Positions 12,901 to 24,568 of a stretch of DNA of 64,000 nt are shown in pieces. The notes beneath the pieces are model-generated. The model worked only from the letters and a program-made list of their open reading frames with translations. It did no database searches and had not been told where the DNA came from. Positions within the stretch are counted from its first letter, which is position 1, and each line of letters begins with the position of its first letter. The position numbers were made by a program, and so were the translations under genes. Source of the DNA: the human T2T-CHM13v2.0 reference genome, Homo sapiens; the NCBI RefSeq assembly GCF_009914755.1, contig NC_060925.1; one strand, given 5' to 3'.

Positions 12901-13505
12901 GAGGATATCAACGGGGGACCCAGGATGTGGAGATGCAGAGGCTTTTGAGCCTCATGACAGGATTCATTCTGCTGAGAGATGGACTCTCAAAATGGAACCT
13001 TGCTGTAGCTGCTTAGGATTTGCCAGGGGTGGTGTGTGCGGGACCCAGCGTGAGCTCCCATTCTAGAGCAGTAGAGTTGTATGGTCTTCAGGCAGCTTCC
13101 TATGTTAGTTTTAAGGTCCTCAAGGGTCGAGGAGTTATCTCATGGCTAGGATTGCAAGAATCTACAGTGGGAATGTGGACTGCTGGGGGTCTCTCACTTA
13201 CCCTTTCTCCACACTGGAGAGCCTCTCTGGGCTCCCAGCTGGTCATGGCTGAGCAGGCTGTCTCACTTCTCTCTTTCCTTGCCTTAGGTGTTTCTGGCCA
13301 CTTTTCTGTTGAATTCCTGTGTACTCTTTTAGATGATCTAGTTGAAGTGTGATTATCTTCTTGTTATTTTTGTTCTTCTTTGTAGAAAACACAAGTACCA
13401 GATGCCTCTAGTTAGCTATATTGAAGCCCGTCCACTGGGTTTGAATTTTTTTAAAAACACAAGTACCACATGCCTCTAGTTAGCTATATATATTGAAGCC
13501 CCTCC
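9995..13505 (-). mobile_element. L1 (L1M/L1PB-type) retaining 5'UTR, ORF1 and the start of ORF2; interrupted by an MLT2A LTR
   Basis: T-rich antisense ORF1 text (gtttctgctgagaaatgtgctgttagtctgatgggg), GC-rich repetitive 5'UTR at 11350-13350, terminus ...gatgcctctagttagctatattgaagccc. Confidence 0.8.
12063..12616. mobile_element. MLT2A (ERVL) solo LTR
   Basis: TG...CA ends: tgtgatggttaacattgtcaacttgactgg...aataaactccctttcatatat...ttagttctgtccctttggagaactctcaccaataca. Confidence 0.9.
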
Positions 13506-13526
13506 ACTGGGTTTGAATTTTTTTAA
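13386..13526. repeat. Two-copy ~70-bp tandem duplication
   Basis: aaaacacaagtacca(g/c)atgcctctagttagctata..ttgaagccc(g/c)tccactgggtttgaattttttta occurs at 13386 and again at 13454. Confidence 0.95.
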
Positions 13527-14527
13527 GGTTATTGGGGTGTGTGTCTGTGTGTGTGCGTGCACGTGTGCACTATTGTAAATGTGGTCTTTTCAATTACATC
13601 CTGCAAATGGTTCTTCTGTGAATTGGTTTTACATCATTTTATTTACTGAATCCCTAATAGTTTATGGTAGTTCTCCTCTGTTTTCTTCAGTTGTCCAGGC
13701 ATATAGTCGTATTAACCTTCTAACTATTATATGTAAAACCCTAGTTTTATATGTAAAACCTAAGCACAGTAACACACATTCTGATGTAACATGATTAGTG
13801 GTTGATGCCTATCCTCTTCCAAATCCACTTTCTTCAAACTTTTCTAGGAGGCAAGGGAAAGGGGTCATGGAAGAGAGAAAAAGGAGAGAGACAGAAATGT
13901 GAGACAATTGCATGACAGCGGGACAAGGGCTGGGTCCCTACATCTCAGTGCTTGCCCAGCCTAAATTTTCTCAAATAGGCACGTGCAATAGACAGGTGAT
14001 GTTTTACAATGAGGCTCTTGAAGCTCTCAAAATTATCGGCCAGGTTACAAAGCCCATATTCAATCAAACATATATTTATGCTGAGGCACACAAGTGCTAC
14101 CAGGTAGTGCCAGATGGCAGCCATGACCCAGATGGGTATGAATTATTCAGCTGGAGCCCAGAACTCCTGCCTTGCAACCTGACTCCCCTGGCTTGTCTCA
14201 CTTGGTCAATTAAATTCACAATAATGGAGTCCCACATTTTATACAATTGCATTTGAAAATAGACTTTTTTCATGGACCAACTATTGCAAATAACAATGTT
14301 TTCCAGAACAAAAATAATCCCCACAGAGCAAATTTATAAAAATAACTAACTGGGAAAGAAAGGAGGAAGGAAAAAACAGGAAGGGAAATGGAATTAGAGG
14401 ATGAAATATAGGAGTTTTAAGCCATAAGCATTATACATCTTCAAACATCTGAAATAAGTATAAAATATCAACATTTTATGAATTCCAATATTAGATGCTT
14501 GTACGTTTCTGTAGGTTATTGTAGAAA

Positions 14528-14915
14528 CATTTTATTGAAGTATAATTTACATAAGTCAAATGCATAAATCTTAAGTTAAATTTTACATGAAATTTTACGT
14601 ATATATACACTCATGTAGTCACCACCCAGGTCAAGATACTTTCAGACTCCAGAAAGATTCTTCTTTCTCTCACTTCAGTCTAGACCTTTCTCCCAAAAAG
14701 TAGCCACTGTTCAGATTATCTATTTACTATTGGTTGGTTTTTCCTAAACTTATGTAATGGAATCATACAGAATGTATTACTTGTGTCTGGCTTATTTTGC
14801 TCAACATTATTTTGATGAATATACTACGTGTTGTTGCAAGTTGCTCTTTTTCATTTATGCGTAGCATTCATTTCAATGAATGTACCAGAATTTATCCATC
14901 CCACTGCTGATGACT
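14528..14915 (-). mobile_element. Old L1 (L1ME/MC) 3' fragment
   Basis: ttttattgaagtataatttacata...atggaatcatacagaatgt...tgtctggcttattttgctcaacat. Confidence 0.7.
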
Positions 14916-15357
14916 GTCTGCACTTTGAGTGCTCAAAGCCAAAGTGGTGAAGAAACACACTACTAGATCAGAAAAAGAAGTCAGGATTCTAAATACGTAC
15001 TTTTTTTTAACTTTATGCTTTCTGCCTAGACACATCAATAACAGGTTACCAGTGGAAATTTCTCAGAAATATAGTTGGAAGGAGAATGTTATTTTAGGTA
15101 ATATGTTTGCCCCTTCAGATTCACTCTCTTTCCTTCTCCACCAAGCTCCCAGCCAGAAAGCTGACTTACATTGATAGATTATAATCAACAGCTCCCATAT
15201 TTGCAGGCTTCCACTTGGAGTCGGCAAACAGAGAGCCCAGTGAAGCAAATGAGATCAGGGTATTCATTCATTCCCTAGCTTCTTTCTGGGAGGGCTTAAG
15301 GCCCACTGTGTGCTTTGAAGGAAGTCACAGCTCTTCTTGAGGTAGCCTGCTCTACAG

Positions 15358-15699
15358 CAGCAGTCTCCAACCTTTTTGGCACCAGGAACCAGTTTCGTGG
15401 AAGACAATATTTCCATGGACTGGGGCCAGGGAATGGTTTGGGGATGAAACTCTTCCATCTCAGATCATCAGACATTAGATTATCATAAGGAGTGCGCAAC
15501 CTAGATCCTTCACATATGCAGTTCACAATAGGGTTCATGCTCCTATGAGAATCTAACGCCACTGCTGATCTGACAGGAGGTGGAGCTCAGGCAGTAATGC
15601 TTGCTTGCCTGCTGCTCACCTCCTGCTGTGCAGCCCGGTTCCTAACGGTTCCCCACAGGCTAAGGTATCCAGTCTGTGGCCCGGGGGGTTGGGGACCTG
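15358..15699 (-). mobile_element. MER1B (hAT-Charlie non-autonomous element), complete
   Basis: TIRs cagcagtctccaacc / ggttggggacctg; perfect 8-bp TSD CTCTACAG at 15350-15357 and 15700-15707. Confidence 0.92.
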
Positions 15700-16784
15700 C
15701 TCTACAGGACTCTGCTTCCAGGTCCTAGTGACTTCTCCTGGCCTTTTGGGCCCACAAGTGGAAATAGCTCTGCTGATGCTAACACGGGTTTCTGCACAAC
15801 TGTGTGTCGGTCCCTGACATTGCACACACACTTTTGTAATTAATCCTTTGTAAATAGCCCTCTTTGATGTATCCTAATTTGAGTGTGCCCACACTTTGTG
15901 GATGGGACTTGACTGGTACAAATATTTTAAATGTGTTTTGCTAAGTGCTAAGGCAAAAGAAGGAAAAGTTGTATTCTTTCACACACACAACACACACACA
16001 ACTTCATATACCCTGTGGCTGAAAGACGTAGTGGCAGAGGCAATTAACAGGCTCGCAGTTCCCCCACTGCCCACATCCTGAAAAACATGTGGGCATTAAG
16101 GAGGTTGTTCTGATAAAGGAAGCAGCCCCTCTCCTTGGGTCGTGAAGCTTTTTAGTTGCATGACTGAGGCACTAGCCCCTCTCCTGGCATGCTCATGGTC
16201 TAGTGTCCAAGCCTACTGCTCCAGCTTTGTGATGGGGTGGCACTTGGCTTCGGCCCTACTCTCCTTTTTTGGCTTTCACGTCTGGGAGTGCCCCGAGTCC
16301 TCCCTGCATAATCAAAGGCTAGCATTCAAGACTTAAAATTGCAGGGGCAGGATGTGGTCAGCCACCCAATGGCCTGCAACCTGGATCCACTGAAGCAGGT
16401 TTTCATGGAGCAATTTAGTTCCCAAATAGTTTGCAAGTGGCAACTTGAGCTCTGAGTGGCCGGCCTGCACAGGTGATCATTCCTTAGCTCTCAAATTCAT
16501 TTTATTCTTCCACCATTATAAAACCCAATATGAAGACTAAAATGTTTTATATAAAATTAAAACATTCTGAACATAACCAATTAATGCTAAATTACGTTAA
16601 AACCTTAACTGTGCAGATCTTGAACAAGGCTCCTTTATCTGCTTAGCAGAAGCATATCCTAAGATTTCAAGTCATTAAAAAAAAAACTGTTACCATTTAT
16701 AACTATGCATGTGTGACTGATAAGTTTCTGCAAAATAATGGAAAATGGAAATAAGATGCTAGGGTCAATATGAGACTGCTAATG

Positions 16785-16880
16785 CCATACATATTAACAA
16801 CATCAAGTATTCATGTTCAAATATCTCACTGACTTTATAAATAAATGTATGAATGTGAACTTATAACAAATTTATACACA
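16785..16880 (-). terminator. NOTCH2: NOTCH2 distal polyadenylation region (TATAAA hexamer 16839-16834, cleavage ~16812)
   Basis: Transcript reads ...TGTGTATAAATTTG...CATTTATTTATAAAGTCAGTGAGATATTTGAACATGA/ATACTTGATGTTGTT: upstream UGUA, variant hexamer, downstream GU-rich tract. Confidence 0.7.
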
Positions 16881-19800
16881 AAATATTATTTTATAATCCT
16901 GTATATTAAGTTCTACACAAATTTCACTTAAGGAATGTTACAAACCAATCATTTACATAACAGCATAATTAATATTATGACTTATATCCCAGTTCCCAAT
17001 TCTTGCTATAGCAACTACTTCGCATTTCCATTGGAAGGCACCTTGTCCCTGAGCAACCATCTGTTTGTCACCAGCTATGGCTAGTGCACAGAAGAGTGCT
17101 CAGTTTTGTGATGTTTCCTATTTGACAGATGCTTTTTCCCCAGGATCATTTATTTATGATCTAATTAAAGGAAGAAAAAAAGAAGTTTGGTGCTAGGCTT
17201 TGTGGGATTCAGAAAGAAAAGAAAATTTGCTCTCTCAGCAAATTATGACATCATGAGGTAACACTGCCAGGCCATGGATGCAGTATTGGAAAATAAAAAA
17301 TACAACACCACTGAGCTTGGCAAACCTTTTTTATTTTGTGATAAAAATGCTTTCATATAAATTTCATCTTAACTACCTTTAGAATGAAACGGAAAAGTAA
17401 AAACAAAGTGTGCATTTTCCTTACTACGTTTAGTCAGGAATATGCGGTCATTTTATTGGTTACTGGGTTTCTCATACAAACAGATATAATATCACTTTTA
17501 AGAGAAATGTACACAAGGAAGTAACCATAGTACCACTTATTAGTGGGGGCCTCTGGGTACATAAATGTGTCCTCCCAAATAGTCATCATACATTCAATGT
17601 ATTGGTTAGGGCCAAAATCCCTAAACCACCTCTCAACAAAACATTACACCTTTGGTTCTTTATTATGCAAAAATTACAAATTGGCAAATTCAATAAGAGG
17701 ATGCAATGGATTTGAGCATCACAGCCAATTGCTTATACTAAAATATTTTAATTCTCAGACTCTCTTTCCCTCATACCTTTCCCTTCCCCACCTCACATAA
17801 GAAAATGATGCTTAAAACAAAACAGAGGAAGCAAATAAACAAACAAAAAAACCTATCCCCAAAGGCAGGCAGAAGAGGAGTCAAAGAAAGAAAGCATTTA
17901 TAACAATAAAAATAAACCAAAAATAGCAGGGGAGGATCTATACATGGCATAAAAGATGTGTCTCATAAAAACTGAGTCTCCAATTCAGAACCCAAATGAG
18001 AAAGTGATTATCCATCTTACCTTCCCTTTTATTAGATACCACACAATTCAAGAGTTCTTAAAATCTAAGAGATCAGTAAAAAGTTTGAAAGGCAGTGTTG
18101 TCCTCCTCATCACTGAAACCTGTTGTCTGTAATGACAGCTTTCACATTCCCTTTCTCCAAACCCAAAGGATCCAAATTAAAGTAGTCCAAGAAAAAGAAA
18201 CAAGCAATTTGGTCTGACATTGTGCTTAAGGAAAAGGGAGGATATAAAATATCCAGTGGCTGGATCAGTAGCTGATACTTTCAGAAGTGGGGCTGGAGCA
18301 GGAGGGCAGAAAGGGGCAGGTACGCTGTGGTCCACAGAGGTCCATGCAGATAGGTTCTCCCCATCTGTGAATAATAAATGGGTCCAAGGGCAGAGAGTCA
18401 CCATTTAGAATGATAAAATGTTTGCACACTATGAAAGAGGCTGACAGAATGTTGCCACATGGAGAGAATAAAGCAGAGAATGAACAAACTTAATCTGCTT
18501 ATCTCAGGGCAGAAGTAATTATTTTTGTTGGTTCAATAAATTTGGATAGGACTGAAAAAACCATTTGTAAACTATTATGCCAACAGACACGCAGGGTTTC
18601 CATATGGGGCCACCGACAGACAAATCAGGTAAGTGGGAAGCACTGATGCATACTTGCAGCCATAGAAGGAATGAGAACTGTCATTCAAACCAAAAGAGTC
18701 GGGAATTCACCTGTTAATATCTACAAAATGCCCAGGCAGAACTTATTTTGCAGGTGTCATGGGCATCACAGCACTGGACGGAAGTTGCAGTGTAGCCATG
18801 GACCAATTATTAACTGGCCCAAGGAGAAGAGGAAGAAAACTATTCTTTATCTACAATTAACTAAAATGCTTCTGCCCTTAAAAGAAAGTCAAAGAAATTG
18901 CCAAGAGCATGAATACAGAGAGTGGATTCAGGTGAGGGGCAATCAGTCTGAACAATGAGCAAGTCTATAGTTGTCCATTATCATCTAAAAGGTGACTCTA
19001 GGAAAGGAAAATGTTCTGTTGAGTTTCTACGTTAGTTGCCAAAGGGAATGTCATGGCCGCTTCAGAGGAAAAGAAATGGTAGCAGAAAATAGCAAAGGCT
19101 GCTATATAGTTCCTCCTTTTCCAACCTTCTTATAGGGCTGTTTTGGATCATAGAAAACAAGTCCAACTTTCCAATTCCTGCACTTGAACATATAAAGTCC
19201 ATGTCTTCAGTGAGAACATACTGGGTATACCAGTAACACGGACCACACGGTGTGAAAGAAAGATTGGTGAGCAGGCCTTTAAGCAGCAAGATAATCAGTA
19301 GAGACTGATCATCTGACAAACGGAAGACAACTGTCACTGGGTCCCTTGGGCTAAGGAAAGTTCAGTCCTAAATGGCAAGGGTACAACATTTGAGACAGTG
19401 TCTTCTGTGGATATGAAAGGAAAGGCTCAACAGTTAAGACTAGTTTCATATGCTGGGTGAGTGAGTGAAACAGGCCTAGAATGCTCAGATCTGGGACAAA
19501 TGTGTTCCATACAGGCAGTCAATGGAATGCTTGGCAGGAAGTAGGGGGACCTGTGGGTGGGTAACTGGCTCTTGCACGAGTTAACTTGTCTCTTGGTCAT
19601 TCCAACATTCCAAACCTTTTTCTGGTTTTAAAAAAGTGGGGAGGGTCATAGTAACTAGACTATCAAGGATAAAACTTTACACTGACCAGGCCCATACACA
19701 GAAAAACAACAAACTCACACCCTTCTTCCTGGTAAAGTTTATATGAAGACCTGCACACAGACAAGAAAAATTAAGGTGCAGCCTCTTGAAGGGATCTCCT

Positions 19801-20562
19801 GCCCCCAAAATTTGTTGAAGAAAAGTATTCTTCTCCCCTTCTCTCTCCAGGAATGATATATGCAGGAGAACACAATACAGTATGTCCATTTTCCAAAGAA
19901 ACAACATACTTGAAAGGTTTGTGCTGAGAACCATACCAAAGTAAACCTTGTGAGACTCCAAGGGATACCGGGAAGACAGGAGGGGAAAGGAGACCAAAGT
20001 TGCTTTCATGGGCCAGAATGATCAAAAGCACAAAGGTCTTGCCCTATAACATGCTGGTAGGGCTACAATCACGGAGAGGTGCAAAACCAAAAGCACCAAA
20101 TGAAGACAAAAGAATGTCCAAGGAGGAGGAGATGCGTAGGTCAATTCAGGCAGAATTCCAGGGCATAATTCCCAACAGGACGCTAGTGTAGAATCTTCTC
20201 ATGGATATGGCAGAAGCCTGCAGGGCTTAAAATGCAGTCCAAGCTGCAAGAATGTCTGGGCTTCAATAAGCATCCATCTTATTCTCCAAATAGAAGAGAG
20301 TAAACATGGACCCAAGGCTTGTATTCATCTTGCATTTCCACAAACTTGTCTTATTAGATTAGAATAATCAATAAGCCTTGCAGATACCCAGTGAAACTGA
20401 CGAATTGCTTCTCTTGCATTATCTGAATAAGAACATCTTCTCTTTCCTACCTCTAGAAGCTGGCTCCAGAGATTTCTTCATTTCTCTCCCGGATGACCTT
20501 CATTTGTTCCTCAGCAGCATTTACAAAAGTCAGTTATGTCTCTACACTGGAGGTGGACTCTC
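16810..20562 (-). other. NOTCH2: NOTCH2 3'UTR (~3.75 kb, non-coding part of exon 34)
   Basis: Continuous, essentially repeat-free sequence downstream of the TGA at 20565-20563; end placed from TATAAA plus a downstream GU-rich element and my recollection of the mRNA terminus. Confidence 0.85.
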
Positions 20563-21951
20563 TCACGCATAAACCTGCATGTTGTTGTGTGGTGGCTCAG
20601 ACATGTGTGTCCCAGGTCCCCGCTGACCTCCTCCAGCACCCCCAGGGGTAGGGCTGGTGGTCACATCTGACCAGTCAGAAGCAGAGTGGGGTGATGAACT
20701 TGACCACTGGTCAGGAGACTCTGGGGATGGTGTCAGGTAGGGATGCTCACCCTGGAGGTGACCACTGTGACTGGGTGTTCGCTCAGCAGCATTTGAGGAA
20801 GCATAACTGTGCTGTGAAGGGGGTGTGGGGTACTTGCCCACAGAGGCTGGGAAAGGATGATAGGCTGGGAGAATGGTCTGAGCTACCTGCCCGTCCTGCT
20901 GGGGCATCATGGCAGTGGGGAAAGCCACACTGGGCAAACGGGCCATTTCTGGAATCTGGTACATGGTGGGCAGGGGGCCCGCAACAGCTGGAGGGCAGGT
21001 GGACTGAGGCTGGGGAGCCCCCGCTGGTTGGGCAATACTGCCTTTAGGGATGAGCTGGAAAGTCACAATGGGGGGCAAGGGCTCCCGAGGGGTGGTTATG
21101 TGCTTCCCTTCAGGTGGCCTGCTCTGGGGAGCTATGCCAGGATGGGTGCCCTCAGCTGGAGCCAGGACCATACCAAACATCTCATTGTACTGGGTCTCAT
21201 TCACCTCCATGCGGTTCATCCAATCTGCTGGGACTGGGACTGGATGGAGCCTACTCAAGCTTCCAGCACTGCCACTGCCTGGAGACACAATGTGGTGGTG
21301 GGATAGCAACTGGCTCACTGAGGGAAGCACAGTGCTGGCCCCATGTGCCAAAGGCTGCATTTCATGAAGGTTAGAAAAAGATAGTGCATGCTGGGCATGG
21401 ACTGGGGCAGGAGGGGCGGCAGTGGCCAACATAGGGTTGGGTGAGGCCTGTAAGATCCCAGGGGATGTAATCATTGGAGAGGATGTGGTGTCGGAAACAT
21501 ACGTGTGAGGAGATTCTAGGGAATCAACAGGGGATAAAGTTACTGAACTCTCAGACAGTTGGACCTTCTCACTCAGAGACTTCTTCCTCCTACTACCCTT
21601 GGCATCCTTTGCCTCCTTGGCAAGGTTAGGGAGGCTAGTAGGCATGGTACTCTTGGCACTGGGCCGTCTAGACTTCTTGCCCATTGGGGTGTGCTTCAGG
21701 CTGAGGAAAGATCTGTTGGGCCCACAGATGACAGGTGAGAGAGCAGAAGTCAACACGGTGCCTGGAGGGCTTGGGGTCACATTGTATTCATCCAGAAGGC
21801 GCACAATGTCATGGTGCATGCGATCCCGAGCCACATCCCGGGGAAGACGATCCATATGGTCTGTGATGTCTCGATTGGCAAAATGGTCTAACAGGATCTT
21901 GGCTGCTTCATAGCTCCCCTCCCGGGCAGCAAGAAACAGAGGTGTCTCTTC
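20563..21951 (-). CDS. NOTCH2: NOTCH2 exon 34 coding part (1389 nt; last ANK repeats, NLS, TAD, PEST; stop)
   Basis: Acceptor TTTCTGTAG|GAA; [12 protein letters not shown]...[19 protein letters not shown]...NNMQVYA*; matches the 430-aa ORF. Confidence 0.99.
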   Translation of the reverse strand, partial: EETPLFLAAREGSYEAAKILLDHFANRDITDHMDRLPRDVARDRMHHDIVRLLDEYNVTPSPPGTVLTSALSPVICGPNRSFLSLKHTPMGKKSRRPSAKSTMPTSLPNLAKEAKDAKGSRRKKSLSEKVQLSESSVTLSPVDSLESPHTYVSDTTSSPMITSPGILQASPNPMLATAAPPAPVHAQHALSFSNLHEMQPLAHGASTVLPSVSQLLSHHHIVSPGSGSAGSLSRLHPVPVPADWMNRMEVNETQYNEMFGMVLAPAEGTHPGIAPQSRPPEGKHITTPREPLPPIVTFQLIPKGSIAQPAGAPQPQSTCPPAVAGPLPTMYQIPEMARLPSVAFPTAMMPQQDGQVAQTILPAYHPFPASVGKYPTPPSQHSYASSNAAERTPSHSGHLQGEHPYLTPSPESPDQWSSSSPHSASDWSDVTTSPTPGGAGGGQRGPGTHMSEPPHNNMQVYA

Positions 21952-22285
21952 CTACAGAAAAGGCCCATCACAGAACACATGTTAATAACACTCTTGAGAA
22001 TATAGCAGTTTTTCTCAATCTTTTTTATTATCACCCCCTTAGACATGTTTTCCTAATTATCTCCCCGATGAAATATTAACACCACAGATAGGCTGTGCCT
22101 CTACCAATGTACTGAATGTGTATCTGTGATTTACACATAAAAAAAGTAAGATTATTTCACCTCTCCTCAAAAAAACAATTTTGCCCCTTAGGGGGAACAT
22201 CTCTTTAGTTGGGAATTCATAAAATAAAGCATGCCCCTGAGCCAGAGACTCACTTAAAAGAGTACTGAGCTTATCAAAATAAGGT

Positions 22286-22378
22286 TAAGGAAAAGGAGTT
22301 AGAAATAAGAAAGGTAGGAATAGGAGTTAGAAATAAGAAATAATAGGAAAAGGAGTTAGAAATAAGAAAGGTAGGAAG
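22286..22378. repeat. ~28-bp minisatellite x3 (AGGAGTTAGAAATAAGAAA core) at the edge of a ~400-bp purine-rich tract extending to ~22680
   Basis: Core starts at 22294, 22322 and 22351. Confidence 0.9.
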
Positions 22379-22921
22379 AGAAAAAACTAAGGCATGCACA
22401 GAACTGGGAAAAGTAAGGGAAACAGTGAAAGAAGAGACAAAACATGTGCAAGAAAGGACTAAGATAAGGAAAACAAAGAAAACTGAGAGAAGATGAATGA
22501 GAGAAGGAAGCAGGACAAAAAACTCAGATGGAGAAAAATCAAACAGGAAAACATCAGGGTATCCAAGGACAGAAAAAAAAGCAGCCGGAGGGAAAAAAGA
22601 AAGAAAACGAGAAAAAGAAGTGATTATGAACAGAAGAGACAACTGGAGAAAAGGAAATGTCAGGGAAGAGAAAGAGTTACACCAAGCTATCTATAGCCAG
22701 CCTACTGCAAGCTGAGTACTGAGAGGGCAGAGAACTCCATCCTGACACATGCCTGGACAAGCCCAATATCCTCATCAAGCTCTCGAAACCCAGTGTCTGC
22801 CCAAACTGCTTCCATCTTTGTCTATACATATAACAAGAGAAGCTGTAAGGAGAAACGGGAATGGGCTTATAACTGAGGCACTGCTATGAGCCTCCTCAAG
22901 CTCAGAGCCCACAAACTGTAC

Positions 22922-23019
22922 CTTGTTGTCCTGCATGTCTCGGTTGGCCCCATTTTTCAACAACAAAAGAGTTGCCTCCACATTATTGACAGCAGCTGCC
23001 CAGTGAAGAGCAGATTTTC
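22922..23019 (-). CDS. NOTCH2: NOTCH2 exon 33 (98 nt; ANK)
   Basis: CTGCAG|GA...AAG|GTACAG; [32 protein letters not shown]. Confidence 0.98.
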
Positions 23020-23662
23020 CTGCAGGGGAGAAACATTTTTATAAACAGACATATCCTACTCTTAGTATAAGACACTATGACTTGCACAATGAAATCTTAA
23101 ACTCCCCAGAGATCAGCAGGAAGCAGTTCTCTGTAGGGGTCTATAGGAAAAACCAAAGTAATCTCTTCTTTTTCCTCTGTTCTAGAAATACTTCAGTACA
23201 GGCTGCCTAGCCTGCAGAAGACCTCTAGGTGAAAGGATCACTTGTATGAGGCATTCATGTCCCCTACATGGCAGAATCTACCCTGTTACATACTGAAGAT
23301 AAAAACCTATATATTACATGTCAGAATTTATATTGAGAATATTCTACAACTCTCCTAGAGAAGTCAGCTCTCATAAATCCTCAAATCAAGTGTTATGCCT
23401 AGGAAACTACATGGGAACACCTTTCATGTATCTGCTCTGAGGTCCAAGAACCCTCATTAAAAATCCCTCATTTTAATTAGGGATCTCCTACTGGCTTGGA
23501 TCTCTGAGCTCAGCATGTTAAATAAATGCATGAATGAAAGAATGAGTGAATCTCTCACGTATTTGGATCTCAGGCAGTTCTCTAAGGGTCACGTAACTCT
23601 ATTCCCCTCGTCAGAGGCATGCTTTGCAGGTAAGAATCCAAATCCCTGCCTTTCATCCCTAC

Positions 23663-23810
23663 CATGGTCATCCACTGCATTCACATCCGCTTGGCAGTTG
23701 ATCAGTTCTGCCACCATTCCCTCCACAGCCAGGCGGGCAGCCAGGATCAGGGGTGTAGTACCATCATTCATCCTGGCATCTAGATCAGTTACTCGGTTGC
23801 GAATCAGAAT
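23663..23810 (-). CDS. NOTCH2: NOTCH2 exon 32 (148 nt; ANK)
   Basis: TTCTAG|ATT...CATG|GTAGGG; [31 protein letters not shown]. Confidence 0.98.
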
Positions 23811-24568
23811 CTAGAAGAGGAGAAAGTACAGAAAAGAGAGTCACCTGGATGAAGGAAAATAATGAAACTCAGTGAAGAAACAAGGGCATCAGAGCTGAGG
23901 CTACAGTGTAGATTCCTGGAGGAGAGGGAAAGTCTTGTTATCTTTGTGCCCAAGATTCTATCATGATCAATCAATAAATATTTGTTGCATGAATAAATAA
24001 ATACATGCTCAATAAATAATGGCTGATGTAAAGTGATGAGCCTTCTACTTTCTCAGGAAAGAAGAGGGATGTGGGGAAATATCACAACTTCAGTCAGGAT
24101 ACAGCCTAAGGTGATTCAGAATGCTTCCAATTTCCTCATAAGGATAAACAGGCATCAGGGAATATAATATGAACTCAGGTCAAGAAAACTGCCAATGAGC
24201 AGCTAGAAGCCCATACAGTCAGGCCAATCCATAAGAAGTAGCGGATACTAGTCAAAGGCTCCGGACCAGCTATCACTCTCATCTAATCTACGCATTTGGG
24301 AGGCATCTTGGCACAACAAATTATCACTAATAATCAGAAAGACTGGTGTTGTCTGCAGTTGGCTCTATCACTATCTTCCTATATATAGCTAGGTCAATTT
24401 GCCTGCCTCCCTTTTCCCACTTTCCCATCTACCAAGCATGACTCTAATACCTGCCCTAATCTCTCAAATGATTGAATAAATTCAATGAGATATTAATTCT
24501 TTAAAAACGATAAAACATTATAGAGCCATAGGAATTATTATTCAAGTGACTCTTCTCATGTTCTTTAC

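Noticed and set aside
11301-13352. Several 100-174 aa ORFs
   Set aside because: Lie within the GC-rich L1 5'UTR and the MLT2A LTR
13912-14256. 114-aa ATG-initiated plus-strand ORF in unique DNA
   Set aside because: No recognisable domain, promoter or splice context; region better explained as regulatory; PhyloCSF or Ribo-seq would be needed to revive it
20691-21913. Plus-strand ORFs antisense to exon 34 (and similar ones opposite exons 25 and 26)
   Set aside because: Antisense shadows of GC-rich coding sequence
22274-22642. 122-aa hydrophobic F/S/L-rich ORF resembling a membrane protein
   Set aside because: Artefact of translating a polypyrimidine tract
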